This document shows, piece after piece, positions 10,073 through 19,524 of a DNA stretch of 64,000 nt (the stretch's first letter is position 1; each line of letters opens with the position of its first letter). The position numbers and the translations under genes were made by a program. The notes under the pieces are model-generated. The model had not been told where the DNA came from. It saw only the letters and a list, made by a program, of their open reading frames with translations, and did no database searches. The stretch spans positions 372,138 to 436,137 of the forward strand of contig CAVPQJ010000002.1 of the NCBI GenBank assembly GCA_963707525.1. Reading direction: 5' to 3'. The DNA comes from an uncultured Actinomycetes bacterium (GTDB taxonomy: Bacteria > Actinomycetota > Thermoleophilia > Gaiellales > Gaiellaceae).

Positions 10073-10818
10073 TAGAAGAGCGCCTCTCTGCAGCCCGCCG
10101 TCGACGACGATCGTCTGTCCCGTGACGTAGCGCGCCCGGTCGGACGCGACGAAGCAGACGACGTCGCCGAACTCGCGCGGGTCACCCCAGCGGCGCAGCG
10201 GTATGTCCTGCAGGTGCTTCCTCCGTCGGACCGTCCGGATAGAGGTACTCGAGGCGAGGCGTCGCGATGCGGCCGGGTGCGACGCAGTTGACGGTGATCC
10301 CGCGCGGACCGAGCTCATCGGCGAGCGTCTTCAGCCAACCGGTCAGCGCAGGGCGGAATGTGTTCGAGAGCGCGAGGTGGCGCGTCGGCTCTTTCGCTGC
10401 AAGCGACGTGATCGCCACGATGCGAGCGGCCGGGCTTTGCTCGAGGTGCGGGCAGCGCGAGGTGCACGAGCCGCACGGCCGGCTGCAGCATCAGCTCGAG
10501 CGCCTGCTCGAGCGCGTCCGGCGTGACCTCGGTGCCGGTGCCCGCGGGTGGGCCACCGGAGTTCCAGACGACGATGTCGAGCCCGCCGAAGGCTTCGATC
10601 GTCTTCGCAACCGCACGCTCGAGATCCTGGGGGAGCGTGACGTCACCGCGGACGGCGAGTGCGCCGATCCGGTCGGACTCCCGCTCGAGCACGTCGCGTC
10701 TGCGCGCGAACATCGTCACGTTTGCGCCCTCGGCGGCAAGCGCCTCGGCGCTCGCGAGGCCGAGCCCGGACGATGCGCCGCAGACGAGGGCCGTGCGGCC
10801 TTTCAGTCCGAGATCCAC
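10072..10818 (-). pseudogene. Short-chain dehydrogenase/reductase (SDR) family oxidoreductase, 2-3 frame breaks
   Basis: GRTALVCGASSGLGLA (TGxxxGxG), [57 protein letters not shown]. Pieces lie in ORFs 10315..10818, 10182..10418 and 9740..10318. The exact stop is uncertain (TAG at 10072-10074 requires a third shift). Confidence 0.8.
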
Positions 10819-10884
10819 GACGGCCCGAGCGTACCTACGTGGAGCGGCGGAAGCCGCCCTCGGAATCGATCACCTGTCCGGTAC

Positions 10885-11815
10885 TCAGGTCGTCAGGACG
10901 CCGACGACTTCGCGCACGGCCTCTGAGCTTGCCTGCATGGCCTTCTGCTCGTCGTCCGAGAGGTCGAGCTCGATGATCTGCTCGATTCCCTTCGGCCCGA
11001 GCTTCACCGGGCACGCCCATGTACAGGCCGTCGATGCCGTACTCGCCCTCGAGGTAGGCGGTGCACGGGAGCACGCGCTTCTCGTCGAGCATGATCGAGT
11101 CGACCATCTGCGCGGCCGCGGCGCCCGGCGCGTACCACGCCGACGTGCCCATCAGGTTCACGAGCTCGCCGCCGCCCTTGGCCGTGCGCTCGACCATCGC
11201 CTGGATCTGCGGCTCCTCGACGAGCTTGCGCAGCGGGACGCCGCCGACGGTCGTGGCGGAGACGATCGAGACCATCTGGTCGCCGTGGCCGCCGAGCACC
11301 ATCGCCTGCACGTCCTTGACCGACGCTCCGGTCTCCCAGGCGATGAAGGTCGAGAAGCGCGCGGTGTCGAGGATGCCCGCCATGCCGAACACGCGCTCCT
11401 TCGGCCAGCCGGAGACGTTCTTCGCGACGTGGCACATCGCGTCGAGCGGATTCGAGACGACGATGAGGATCGCGTCGGGGCTCTGCGCGATCACCTTCTC
11501 GGTGACGTCCTTGACGATCTTCTCGTTCGTCGCGACGAGATCGTCGCGCGACATCCCGGGCGAGCGAGGGAGGCCGGCGGTGATGACGACGACGTCGGAG
11601 CCCGCGGACTCCTCGTAGCCGTTCGAGCCGGTGACGTTCGGCTCGTAGCCGAGCACTGCGCCCATCTGGTTGATGTCGAGCGCCTTGCCCTGCGGCAGGC
11701 CTTCCTTGATGTCGACGAGGACGACGTCGGCGTAGTCGCGCGTCGCGAGCACCTGCGCGCACGTTGCTCCGACATTCCCGGCACCGACGACCGTGACCTT
11801 GCGCCTCGCGCTCAT
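10885..11815 (-). pseudogene. mdh: Malate dehydrogenase (LDH-like, NAD), one inserted base near 11010 close to the 3' end
   Basis: [45 protein letters not shown]. Dropping one G at CCCGGTG restores [40 protein letters not shown], with TGA at 10885-10887. Confidence 0.9.
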
Positions 11816-12910
11816 ACCGGCGACTTCCGCCTCGAGCTTCTCGATGATCGCGTCCGCGACCTCGCTCGTGCCGACCGCAGTCGGGTCGTCGCGGGACGGC
11901 TTCATGTCGTAGGTGACGCTCGCGCCCTCGGCGATCACCTCCGAGATCGCGCGCTCGAGGCGGTCCGAGGCCGACTGCTCGCCGAGATGGCGGAGCATCA
12001 GCATCCCGGAGAGCAGCTGAGCGATCGGGTTGACCTTGTTCTGGCCGGCGTACTTCGGCGCCGATCCGTGGGTCGGCTCGAACACGGCGACGCTCTCGCC
12101 GTAGTTCGCGCCCGGGGCGACACCGAGGCCGCCGATCATTCCGGCGCAAAGATCGGAGAGCACGTCGCCGTACAGGTTCGGGAGCACGAGGACGTCGTAC
12201 TCCTCGGGCCGCTGCACGAGCTGCATGCACATGTTGTCCACGATGCGGTCGTCGAACTCGATGTCGTCGTTCTCTGCAGCCACCTCGCGCGCCACGTGAA
12301 GCCAGAGCCCGTCGGTGAACTTCATGATGTTCGCCTTGTGCACGCAGGTGATCTTCTTCCGGCCGTTCTTGCGCGCGTAGTCGAAGGCGAAGTCGAAAAT
12401 GCGGCGAGTGCCTGTGACCGAGATCGGCTTGATCGAGATGCCGGCGTCGTTGTGCCGGAGCTTGCCGCCCTTCGACTCGATCCACCTGATCAGCTCCTCG
12501 GCGTCCTCGGTGCCCTGCTCGTACTCGATTCCGGCGTACAGGTCTTCGGTGTTCTCGCGGACGATGATCAGGTCGACGTCGTCGAACCGCGAGCGCACGC
12601 CGGGGTAGCTCTTGCACGGCCGCACCTGCGCGTACATGTCGAGCTCCTTGCGGAGCGCGACGTTGACGGAGCGGAAGCCGCCGCCGACAGGTGTCGTGAT
12701 CGGGCCCTTCAGCGCGACGCCGGCCTCGCGGACGGCGTCCAGCACCGCGGGCGGAAGCGGGTTTCCGCCGTAACGGTCCATCACGTCGGTGCCGGCTTCC
12801 TGCACGTCCCACTCGAACTCGACGCCGGTCGCCTCGAGGACACGGCGTGTCGCCTCCGTGAGCTCGGGGCCGGTTCCGTCGCCCGGAATGAGGACTACGC
12901 GGTGTGCCAC
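11812..12910 (-). CDS. icd: Isocitrate dehydrogenase (NAD(P), isocitrate/isopropylmalate dehydrogenase family). As given it has no stop and reads in frame into mdh.
   Basis: GTG at 12910. [45 protein letters not shown]. The only nearby stop is the TGA of GGTATGAGC (11812-11814), in the +1 frame and overlapping the mdh ATG. Confidence 0.9.
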
Positions 12911-12948
12911 GGGCCGAATCTACCTATGCGCCCGTTAGAGTCGCGGCG

Positions 12949-13455
12949 ATGAGCGAACTCGCAGATGCTGCAGCCGAGGCGGACGCCCTCGCACAGGATG
13001 GGTCGGAGCGCGAGCTCGCGGATCTTCGCGCGAAGTGGGGCGACGATCTCGAGGCGTCCGCGCGCAGCGCCGACTTCCGCGAGCGCGCCGTGGCGTACCG
13101 TGCGATCGGCCAGTTCCGCTGGCGCGCGAAGGAGGAGTTGCTGCGACGTGGGCTGGACGACGCGAGCCCTGCTGCGCGGGGCTCGGCGCTCCTTTCGCTC
13201 GAGCTGCTCTCGCGCGACCACCCGAGCACGATCAATGCCGTTCGCCCGCTGCTGCACACGATGGCGACCGCAGACGGCAACGCTGCGGTCCGCCGGCTCG
13301 CGATCCTCTGCCTGAAGAACGGCTCCCCGCAACGCGAGACGATCGTCCTGCTCGAAGGTCTTGCGCAGGACGACGAGGCGGACGCCGAGCTACGACGTGC
13401 GGCGGCAAGCGTCGCGCAGCAACTCAAGCAGCGGGCGCCGAAGCAGCCGAAGTAG
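12949..13455 (+). CDS. HEAT-repeat protein
   Basis: ATG at 12949 (MSELADAAAE). Repeated A-x-R-x-A-A-x-x-L helical pairs (RERAVAYRAIGQF, SPAARGSALLSLELL, NAAVRRLAILCL, ELRRAAASVAQQL). Confidence 0.65.
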   Translation: MSELADAAAEADALAQDGSERELADLRAKWGDDLEASARSADFRERAVAYRAIGQFRWRAKEELLRRGLDDASPAARGSALLSLELLSRDHPSTINAVRPLLHTMATADGNAAVRRLAILCLKNGSPQRETIVLLEGLAQDDEADAELRRAAASVAQQLKQRAPKQPK

Positions 13456-13463
13456 CGGGCACG

Positions 13464-13634
13464 CTAGACGCAGGACGCGCAGGTGCGCGCATCGATGCGG
13501 CGTCCGCACGACGGGCAGACACGGCGGCGCTTCTTGAGCTCGAGTGCGCTCTTCTGCAGGCCGGCCATGGTCATGAGCCAACCGACTGCGAGCGTTGCGA
13601 CGGCCAGGATGGCCAGGTGCGGCGCGAAGGTCAT
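13464..13634 (-). CDS. Small membrane protein with C-terminal zinc-ribbon-like CxxC...CxxC
   Basis: MTFAPHLAILAVATLAVGWLMTMAGL (TM), then CPSCGRRIDARTCASC. Start choice (13634 or 13667) is uncertain. Confidence 0.4.
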   Translation of the reverse strand: MTFAPHLAILAVATLAVGWLMTMAGLQKSALELKKRRRVCPSCGRRIDARTCASCV

Positions 13635-13663
13635 TCTGGTACCTCTCTCGCGGAGCGAGTTCG

Positions 13664-14551
13664 TCAAACCTTTTTCTTCGTGCGAGCGTGGGGGTGAGCT
13701 TGGAAATACAACTCGCGACGCCGCCGATCGGATACGTGCGTATAGAGCTCGGTGGTCGCCAGATCCGCGTGCCCGAGCATTTCCTGAACCGAGCGGAGGT
13801 CGGCGCCGCCCTCCAGCAGGTGGGTGGCGAACGAGTGACGCAGAAGGTGCGGGTGTACCCGTCCGGGCTCGAGCCCGGCCACTTCGGCGAGCCGGCGCAG
13901 GATGAGGAACGCGCCCGCGCGGGTGAGCGGGCCTCCTTGTGCGTTCAGGAACAGCTCGGGTCGGTGGCGTTTGTCGAGGTACGGGCGCCCACGAGAGTCG
14001 TAGCGGCGCAGCGCGTCGACTGCCTCGCGGCCGATCGGAACGACGCGTTCCTTGGATCCCTTGCCGATCGTTCGCACGAGGCGGCGCTCGAGGTCGATTG
14101 ACGCCCGGTCGAGCCCGACGGCCTCGCTTACGCGCAAGCCGGCGCCGTAGAGCAGCTCGACGAGCGCCCGGTCGCGCAGCGACCGTGGCGTCGTTCCCGC
14201 GGCCGCATCGATCAGACGCTCGACCTCACCGGGCGACATCGTCTTCGGCAGCGCACGGCGCCGGCGCGGCAGCTCGAGCTCAGCGGCCGGGTTGTCGGGC
14301 CGGATGCCGAGCAGCACCTGGTGCCGGTAGAAGGAGCGGAGTGCGGCAACGCGGCGAGCAATGGTCGTCGCAGCGAGCCCGTCGGCGCGCAGCTGTGCGA
14401 CGTAGGCCGCGAGCTGGTCGTTGGTCGCGTCGTCGGGAGCTCCGCCGAGCCACGCTTCGAGGTCGCGAAGGTCGCGCTGGTACGCCTCGACTGTGCGCGG
14501 CGCAAGGCGCGCAGCGGAGAGCGCAAGAAAGGAGTCGATTGCCGAAGACAT
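13664..14551 (-). CDS. Tyrosine recombinase, XerC/XerD family (downstream copy)
   Basis: MSSAIDSFLALSAARLAPRTVEAYQRDL (SAM-like N-domain). Catalytic set: GLRVSE (Arg), GKGSKERVVP (Lys), HLLRHSFATHLLEGGADLR (His-x-x-Arg), LGHADLATTELYTHV (His, Tyr). In-frame upstream ATGs lie inside the repeat. Confidence 0.9.
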   Translation of the reverse strand: MSSAIDSFLALSAARLAPRTVEAYQRDLRDLEAWLGGAPDDATNDQLAAYVAQLRADGLAATTIARRVAALRSFYRHQVLLGIRPDNPAAELELPRRRRALPKTMSPGEVERLIDAAAGTTPRSLRDRALVELLYGAGLRVSEAVGLDRASIDLERRLVRTIGKGSKERVVPIGREAVDALRRYDSRGRPYLDKRHRPELFLNAQGGPLTRAGAFLILRRLAEVAGLEPGRVHPHLLRHSFATHLLEGGADLRSVQEMLGHADLATTELYTHVSDRRRRELYFQAHPHARTKKKV

Positions 14552-14753
14552 CCAGCTTCTGCATTCGTTCTCACGGTGCAAAGTCATGCGACCTGGTCGC
14601 GACCAGGTCGCTCCGCCGTTCACGCTTCGAGGTCTCGCAGGTCGGCGCCGCCCTCGAGCGATTGCCGAAGACATCCAGCTTCTGCATTCGGTCTCGCGGT
14701 GCAAAGTCATGCGACCTGGTCGCGACTACGTCGCGACCAGGTCGCTCGCCGTT
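14536..14753. repeat. Tandem direct repeat (about 84 and 95 bp, copies at 14536-14619 and 14659-14753). Each copy carries a perfect palindrome: a 24-nt palindrome at 14588-14611, and a 16-bp stem with 3-nt loop at 14711-14745.
   Basis: Both copies read cgattgccgaagacatccagcttctgcattcg(t/g)tctc(a/g)cggtgcaaagtcatgcgacctggtcgcgac...caggtcgct. Copy A lacks 11 nt at the palindrome centre. Between the copies lies a 36-nt fragment encoding LEGGADLRDLEA*. Confidence 0.9.
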
Positions 14754-15598
14754 CAGGAACGCGGGTGCGAGCTGTCGTAGACCTTGCGGAGCCGCCGCGC
14801 GTCGACGTGGCTGTAGATCTGCGTCGTCGAGAGCGACGAATGGCCCAGCAGCTCCTGGATCGTGCGAAGGTCGGCGCCGCCCTCGAGCAGGTGCGTCGCG
14901 AACGCGTGACGGAGGCGATGCGGGTGCGGGATGAGCCGGCGCAACGTGCTCGTGTCGAGCCGCTTCCCCGTCGCCGATAGGAACAGCGCGTCGTTCGCGC
15001 CGCGCGCGAGCCCGGGCCGCGCGTCGTGCAGATAGCGCGAGACCCAGAGCGCCGCCTCCTCGCCGAGGGGCACGACGCGATCCTTTCCGCCCTTGCCACT
15101 GCGCACGTGCACGAGCTCCTGCTCGAAGTCGACGTCACCGAGATCGAGGCCGACCGCTTCCGCGCTTCTCAGCCCGGCGGAGTACACGAGCTCGACGAGC
15201 GCGCGGTTACGCAACTTGAGCGGACCTTCACCTTCGAGCGAGGCGAGCTCCTTGTCGACTGCGTCGCGACGCGGGGCATCGGGCAGCCGGCGGCCACGGC
15301 GCGGCCCAAGGCGCGCATCGGGCACGCGCGCTGCTCCGAGCGAATGGCGCAGGAACGCACGCACGGCCGCGAGCTTGCGGCTGATCGTCGCCGGTGCGAG
15401 GCGGCCGCCGGGGCGGCGTCCCGAGCCGAGCAGGCCGACGTAGTCCACGAGCGTGCGCACGTCGACGTCGTCGAGCGCGGTTCCCTGCGACTCGAGCCAG
15501 CGGCAGAACTCCGTGACATCGACGCGATACGCACGCCGTGTCCCTTCGGCGAGCGCCGGAGACTCGAGAAAGCGTGCAGCTGCCGTATGGGCGTCCAC
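14753..15598 (-). CDS. Tyrosine recombinase, XerC/XerD family (upstream copy)
   Basis: GLRSAEAVGL (Arg), GKGGKDRVVP (Lys), HRLRHAFATHLLEGGADLRTIQELLGHSSLSTTQIYSHV. Intact 281-aa ORF. Confidence 0.9.
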   Translation of the reverse strand: MDAHTAAARFLESPALAEGTRRAYRVDVTEFCRWLESQGTALDDVDVRTLVDYVGLLGSGRRPGGRLAPATISRKLAAVRAFLRHSLGAARVPDARLGPRRGRRLPDAPRRDAVDKELASLEGEGPLKLRNRALVELVYSAGLRSAEAVGLDLGDVDFEQELVHVRSGKGGKDRVVPLGEEAALWVSRYLHDARPGLARGANDALFLSATGKRLDTSTLRRLIPHPHRLRHAFATHLLEGGADLRTIQELLGHSSLSTTQIYSHVDARRLRKVYDSSHPRS

Positions 15599-15652
15599 GA
15601 GGACGGATTCGACGCCTGTGCTGCCCCGCCTGCGCCGAAACGGCGTAAGAGG

Positions 15653-16177
15653 CTAGAGCTCGTCCGGCAGCAGCGAGTACATCGCCCAGTTCTGCCGTCG
15701 GCCGAGCCGCGCATTCCAGTACACGCTCCGCAGCACACCTTCGAGCTGGAAGCCCGCCTTCTCGGCGCGCGTCGGGAAGGAAGATTGTCGACGTCCGCGC
15801 GCAGCTGCAGGCGCTCGACGTCCCCGCGCCCGAACGCCCATTCGGAGACGACGCGAAGCGCCCGCGCAGATCGTGCCGCGTCCGCGCGCATCGGCGCGGA
15901 GCCAGTAGCCGATCTCGCCCACGTCGCCGGCCTCGCTGAACCGGACGCCGATCGAGCCGAGCACGCGGCCGGTCTCCGGGTCGGTGACGGCAAAGGCGCT
16001 CTCGCCGATGCCGCGGATGTAGGCGAGTGCGTCCTTGGCGCGATAGGGCTGTGGAACCTGATCGAGCCAGCGCGTGATCTCCGGGTCGCCGTTGATGCAC
16101 TCGACGAGCTCCGCCGCGTCGGCTTTTCGCCAGGGGCGGAGCGTCACGACGCCGTCGGTGAGCAGCAGTTCGGCCAT
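15653..16177 (-). pseudogene. GNAT family N-acetyltransferase (RimJ/RimL-like), two frame breaks near 15960 and 15790
   Basis: MAELLLTDGVVTLRPWRKADAAELVECINGDPEITRWL...GEIGYWLRADARGRG. Then SARALRVVSEWAFGRGDVERLQLRADVDN is found only in ORF 15169..15993. Reading then returns for AEKAGFQLEGVLRSVYWNARLGRRQNWAMYSLL. Confidence 0.8.
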
Positions 16178-16217
16178 CGGGCGTACCATACGGACGCATG
16201 GGGAAGGAGATGATCCG

Positions 16218-17804
16218 ATGACGGCCATGGACGTCCGCGGGCGTGTGGATCTCTCCACACACGGCATCAATCCGACGGGTCTCGTCGTGTGGAACCCGTC
16301 GACGCCTGTTCTCTACGAGCACGCGATCCGGCGCGGTGAAGCGCGGATCGCCGACGGCGGCCCGCTGGCCGTCGACACCGGCAAGCACACCGGCCGCTCG
16401 CCCCAGGACAAGTTCATCGTTCGCGAGCCCGCCTCCGAGGCTCGGATCTGGTGGGACGGCAACAAGGAGCTCGCCGAAGACTCCTTCGAGCGCCTGCGCG
16501 ACAAGGTCACCGACTTCCTCGGGAACGAGGAGACGCTGTACGTCATCGACGCGTTCGCCGGCGCCGATCCGGCGCATCGGATCGCACTTCGCGTCGTGAC
16601 GACGCATCCGTATCACGCGTTGTTCGCGAAGACGATGTTCATCGACCCGACGCCGGAAGAGCTGAACGGCTTCACTCCGCAAGCGCTCGTCTTGCACGCG
16701 CCCGCGCTCGAGGCGGTGCCTGCCGAGGACGCGACGCGCACGTCGACATTCATCGTGCTGCACCCGTCGCGCACCGAGGTGCTGATCGGCGGGACGTTCT
16801 ACGCGGGCGAGATCAAGAAGTCGATCTTCACGGTGATGAACGACCGGTTGCCGCTCGAAGGCGTTCTGCCCATGCACTGCTCGGCGAACGTCGGCGACGA
16901 CGACCGGGCGGCGATCTTCTTCGGGCTCTCCGGCACGGGCAAGACGACGCTCTCCGCCGATCCCGAGCGTGCGCTCATCGGCGACGACGAGCACGGGTGG
17001 GGATCGAGCGGCGTCTTCAACTTCGAAGGCGGCTGCTACGCGAAGGTGATCCGTCTCTCTGCAGAGGCCGAGCCCGAGATCTACACGACGACGCACACGT
17101 TCGGGACGATTCTCGAGAACGTCGCGATCGACGCGCAGGGCAAGGTCGATCTCGACGACGACTCGAAGACGGAGAACACGCGCGCCGCCTACAAGCTGGA
17201 GCAGATCACGAATGCGCATCCGGACAAGCGCGCCGGCCATCCGAGCAACGTCGTGATGCTCACCGCCGACGCGTTCGGCATCCTGCCGCCGATCGCGCGC
17301 CTGAGCCGCGACCAGGCGCTGTACTACTTCCTCTCCGGCTTCACCGCGAAGCTCGCAGGCACGGAGATCGGCGTCACGGAGCCGCAGCCGACGTTCTCGA
17401 CGTGCTTCGGAGCCCCGTTCCTACCGCAGCGTCCGTCGGTCTACGCACAGATGCTCGGGACGAAGCTCGACGAGCACGGTGCGGCCGTCTGGCTCGTGAA
17501 CACCGGATGGACGGGTGGCCCGTTCGGCGAGGGCAAGCGGATGCCGATCGCCGCGACACGAGCGATGCTGAGCGCCGCGCTCTCCGGCGAGCTCGCCGGC
17601 GCGAAGTTCCGCGTCGACGACGTCTTCGGCTTCGAGGTGCCGGTGGCTGTCCCCGGCGTCCCGTCTGCGCTCCTCGATCCACGCTCGACCTGGAGCGATC
17701 CGGCCGTGTACGACGTGAAGGCGCGCGAACTCGCAGCGATGTTCCGGAAGAACTTCGAGCGTTTCGACGCCCCGGAGCTCGCCGCCACCGGGCCGCGGCT
17801 CTGA
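16218..17804 (+). CDS. pckA: Phosphoenolpyruvate carboxykinase (ATP)
   Basis: ATG at 16218 preceded by GGAAGGAGA. GKHTGRSPQDKFIV, the kinase-1a loop FFGLSGTGKTTLS, and GDDEHGW. Intact 528 aa. Confidence 0.95.
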   Translation: MTAMDVRGRVDLSTHGINPTGLVVWNPSTPVLYEHAIRRGEARIADGGPLAVDTGKHTGRSPQDKFIVREPASEARIWWDGNKELAEDSFERLRDKVTDFLGNEETLYVIDAFAGADPAHRIALRVVTTHPYHALFAKTMFIDPTPEELNGFTPQALVLHAPALEAVPAEDATRTSTFIVLHPSRTEVLIGGTFYAGEIKKSIFTVMNDRLPLEGVLPMHCSANVGDDDRAAIFFGLSGTGKTTLSADPERALIGDDEHGWGSSGVFNFEGGCYAKVIRLSAEAEPEIYTTTHTFGTILENVAIDAQGKVDLDDDSKTENTRAAYKLEQITNAHPDKRAGHPSNVVMLTADAFGILPPIARLSRDQALYYFLSGFTAKLAGTEIGVTEPQPTFSTCFGAPFLPQRPSVYAQMLGTKLDEHGAAVWLVNTGWTGGPFGEGKRMPIAATRAMLSAALSGELAGAKFRVDDVFGFEVPVAVPGVPSALLDPRSTWSDPAVYDVKARELAAMFRKNFERFDAPELAATGPRL

Positions 17805-17841
17805 CGCAAGGCCTTCTCGGCTTGAGGTAGCGTCAGTCGAG

Positions 17842-19524
17842 GTGATCGGAGAGCACGACGTCCTGGTAGTGGGCGCCGGCTGCGCAGGCATGCGCGCGGC
17901 CATTGCCGCCTTCGATGCGGGGGCGGACGTCGCGATGATCTCGAAGCTGCACCCGACTCGAAGCCACTCCGGCGCGGCGGAGGGCGGCATCAACGCGGCG
18001 CTCGGCAATGCGTCGGAAGACTCGCCCGAGATTCATGCCTACGACACGGTCAAGGGCTCCGACTACCTCGGCGACCAGGACGCGATCGAGATCCTCTGCG
18101 AGGAGGCTCCCGGCGACGTCTATCAACTCGAGCACTGGGGTGCGGTCTTCTCGCGCACCGACGACGGCCGCATCGCCCAACGGCCGTTCGGGGCCGCGGG
18201 TGCGCCGCGCACCGCCTACGCGGCCGACATCACCGGCCACGTCCTCGTCCAGGTGCTCTACGAGCAGGTGTGCCGGCGCGACATCAAGGTGTACGAGGAG
18301 TACTTCGCCTGGCAGCTCGTGGTGAACGACGACCGCTGCCAGGGCGTCATCTGCTGGGATCTCTTGAACGGCGGTCTGAAGACGCTCGGCGCCAAGACCG
18401 TGATCCTGGCAACGGGTGGCGCGGGCCGACTCTACGTCGGCACCACGAACGCCTACTCGTGCACCGGTGACGGGATGGCGATGGCGCTCCGCGTCGGCGT
18501 GCCGCTCGAGGACATGGAGATGATGCAGTTCCATCCGACGACGTTGTCGCCGACGGGCGTGCTCATCACCGAAGGCTGCCGCGGCGAGGGCGCGTTTCTC
18601 CTCAACAAGGACGGTGAGCGGTTTCTCAAGCGCTACGCGCCGAACGCGATGGAGCTCGCATCGCGCGACGTGATCTCGCGATCGGAGCAGACGGAGATCG
18701 ACGAGGGTCGCGGCTTGAACGGGAACGTGATGCTCGACCTGCGCCATCTCGGTGCGGAACGGATCATCGAGCGTCTGCCAGGCACGCGGGAGCTGGCGAT
18801 GACGTTCATGGGCATCGACCCGATCTTCGAGCCGATCCCGGTTCGTCCTGGCGCTCACTACCACATGGGTGGCGTGGACACCGACGTCTGGGGCCAGACC
18901 GAGCTCACGGGTCTCTATGCCGCGGGTGAGGTCGCGTGCGTCTCCGTCCACGGCGCGAACCGCCTCGGCGGAAACGCGCTGATGGAGACGATCACGTTCG
19001 GCAAACGGGCTGGACATCACGCAGCCGAGTGGGCGCTCTCGCATACGACGATCGATGTTCCCGAGGCCGTTGAGCGCGATGCCGAGCGCCAGCTCCGCGA
19101 GCTTCTCGACCGCGAGTCCGGCGAGCGGCCGTGGAAGATTCGCGACGAGCTGGCAACGACGATGCACGAGAACTTCGGCGTCTTTCGACGCGAGCCGCAG
19201 ATGCAGCAGCAAGGCGAGATCATCGCGGGCCTGCGCGAGCGTTACCGCAGCGTCTACGTCGAGGACAAGGGACAGATCTTCAACAGCGATCTCACGCAGG
19301 CGCTCGAGCTCGGCTATCTCCTCGAGCTAGCCGAATGCATGGTGGTCGCAGGACTCGCGCGCAAGGAGAGTCGCGGCGCGCACGCGCGGCCGCACGACTA
19401 CCCGGAACGCGACGACGACAACTTTCTCAAGCACACGCTCGTTCGCTGGGTCGGAGGCGGGCCGGACCTCGACTGGAAGCCCGTGACCATGACGAAGTGG
19501 ACGCCGCAGGAGCGAACGTACTGA
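17842..19524 (+). CDS. sdhA: Succinate dehydrogenase / fumarate reductase flavoprotein subunit
   Basis: DVLVVGAGCAGMRAA (FAD), HPTRSHSGAAEGGINAAL (covalent-FAD His region), HYHMGGV, ESRGAHAR. Confidence 0.95.
   Translation: MIGEHDVLVVGAGCAGMRAAIAAFDAGADVAMISKLHPTRSHSGAAEGGINAALGNASEDSPEIHAYDTVKGSDYLGDQDAIEILCEEAPGDVYQLEHWGAVFSRTDDGRIAQRPFGAAGAPRTAYAADITGHVLVQVLYEQVCRRDIKVYEEYFAWQLVVNDDRCQGVICWDLLNGGLKTLGAKTVILATGGAGRLYVGTTNAYSCTGDGMAMALRVGVPLEDMEMMQFHPTTLSPTGVLITEGCRGEGAFLLNKDGERFLKRYAPNAMELASRDVISRSEQTEIDEGRGLNGNVMLDLRHLGAERIIERLPGTRELAMTFMGIDPIFEPIPVRPGAHYHMGGVDTDVWGQTELTGLYAAGEVACVSVHGANRLGGNALMETITFGKRAGHHAAEWALSHTTIDVPEAVERDAERQLRELLDRESGERPWKIRDELATTMHENFGVFRREPQMQQQGEIIAGLRERYRSVYVEDKGQIFNSDLTQALELGYLLELAECMVVAGLARKESRGAHARPHDYPERDDDNFLKHTLVRWVGGGPDLDWKPVTMTKWTPQERTY

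Noticed and set aside
10523-12952. 809-aa plus-strand ORF
   Set aside because: It lies antisense to icd and mdh, which carry unmistakable family motifs. The translation is Arg/Ala/Asp-rich low-complexity sequence, typical of open antisense frames in about 70% GC DNA.
13664-15598. Xer pair as part of an integron or mobile element
   Set aside because: There are no cassette array, attC-like series, terminal inverted repeats or cargo genes. Both proteins look like chromosomal XerC/XerD-type recombinases. Only the duplicated junction is noteworthy, and it is reported as a finding.
15228-19212. Long minus-strand ORFs 15228..17240 (670 aa) and 17833..19212 (459 aa)
   Set aside because: They lie antisense to pckA and sdhA respectively, and are high-GC shadow ORFs.
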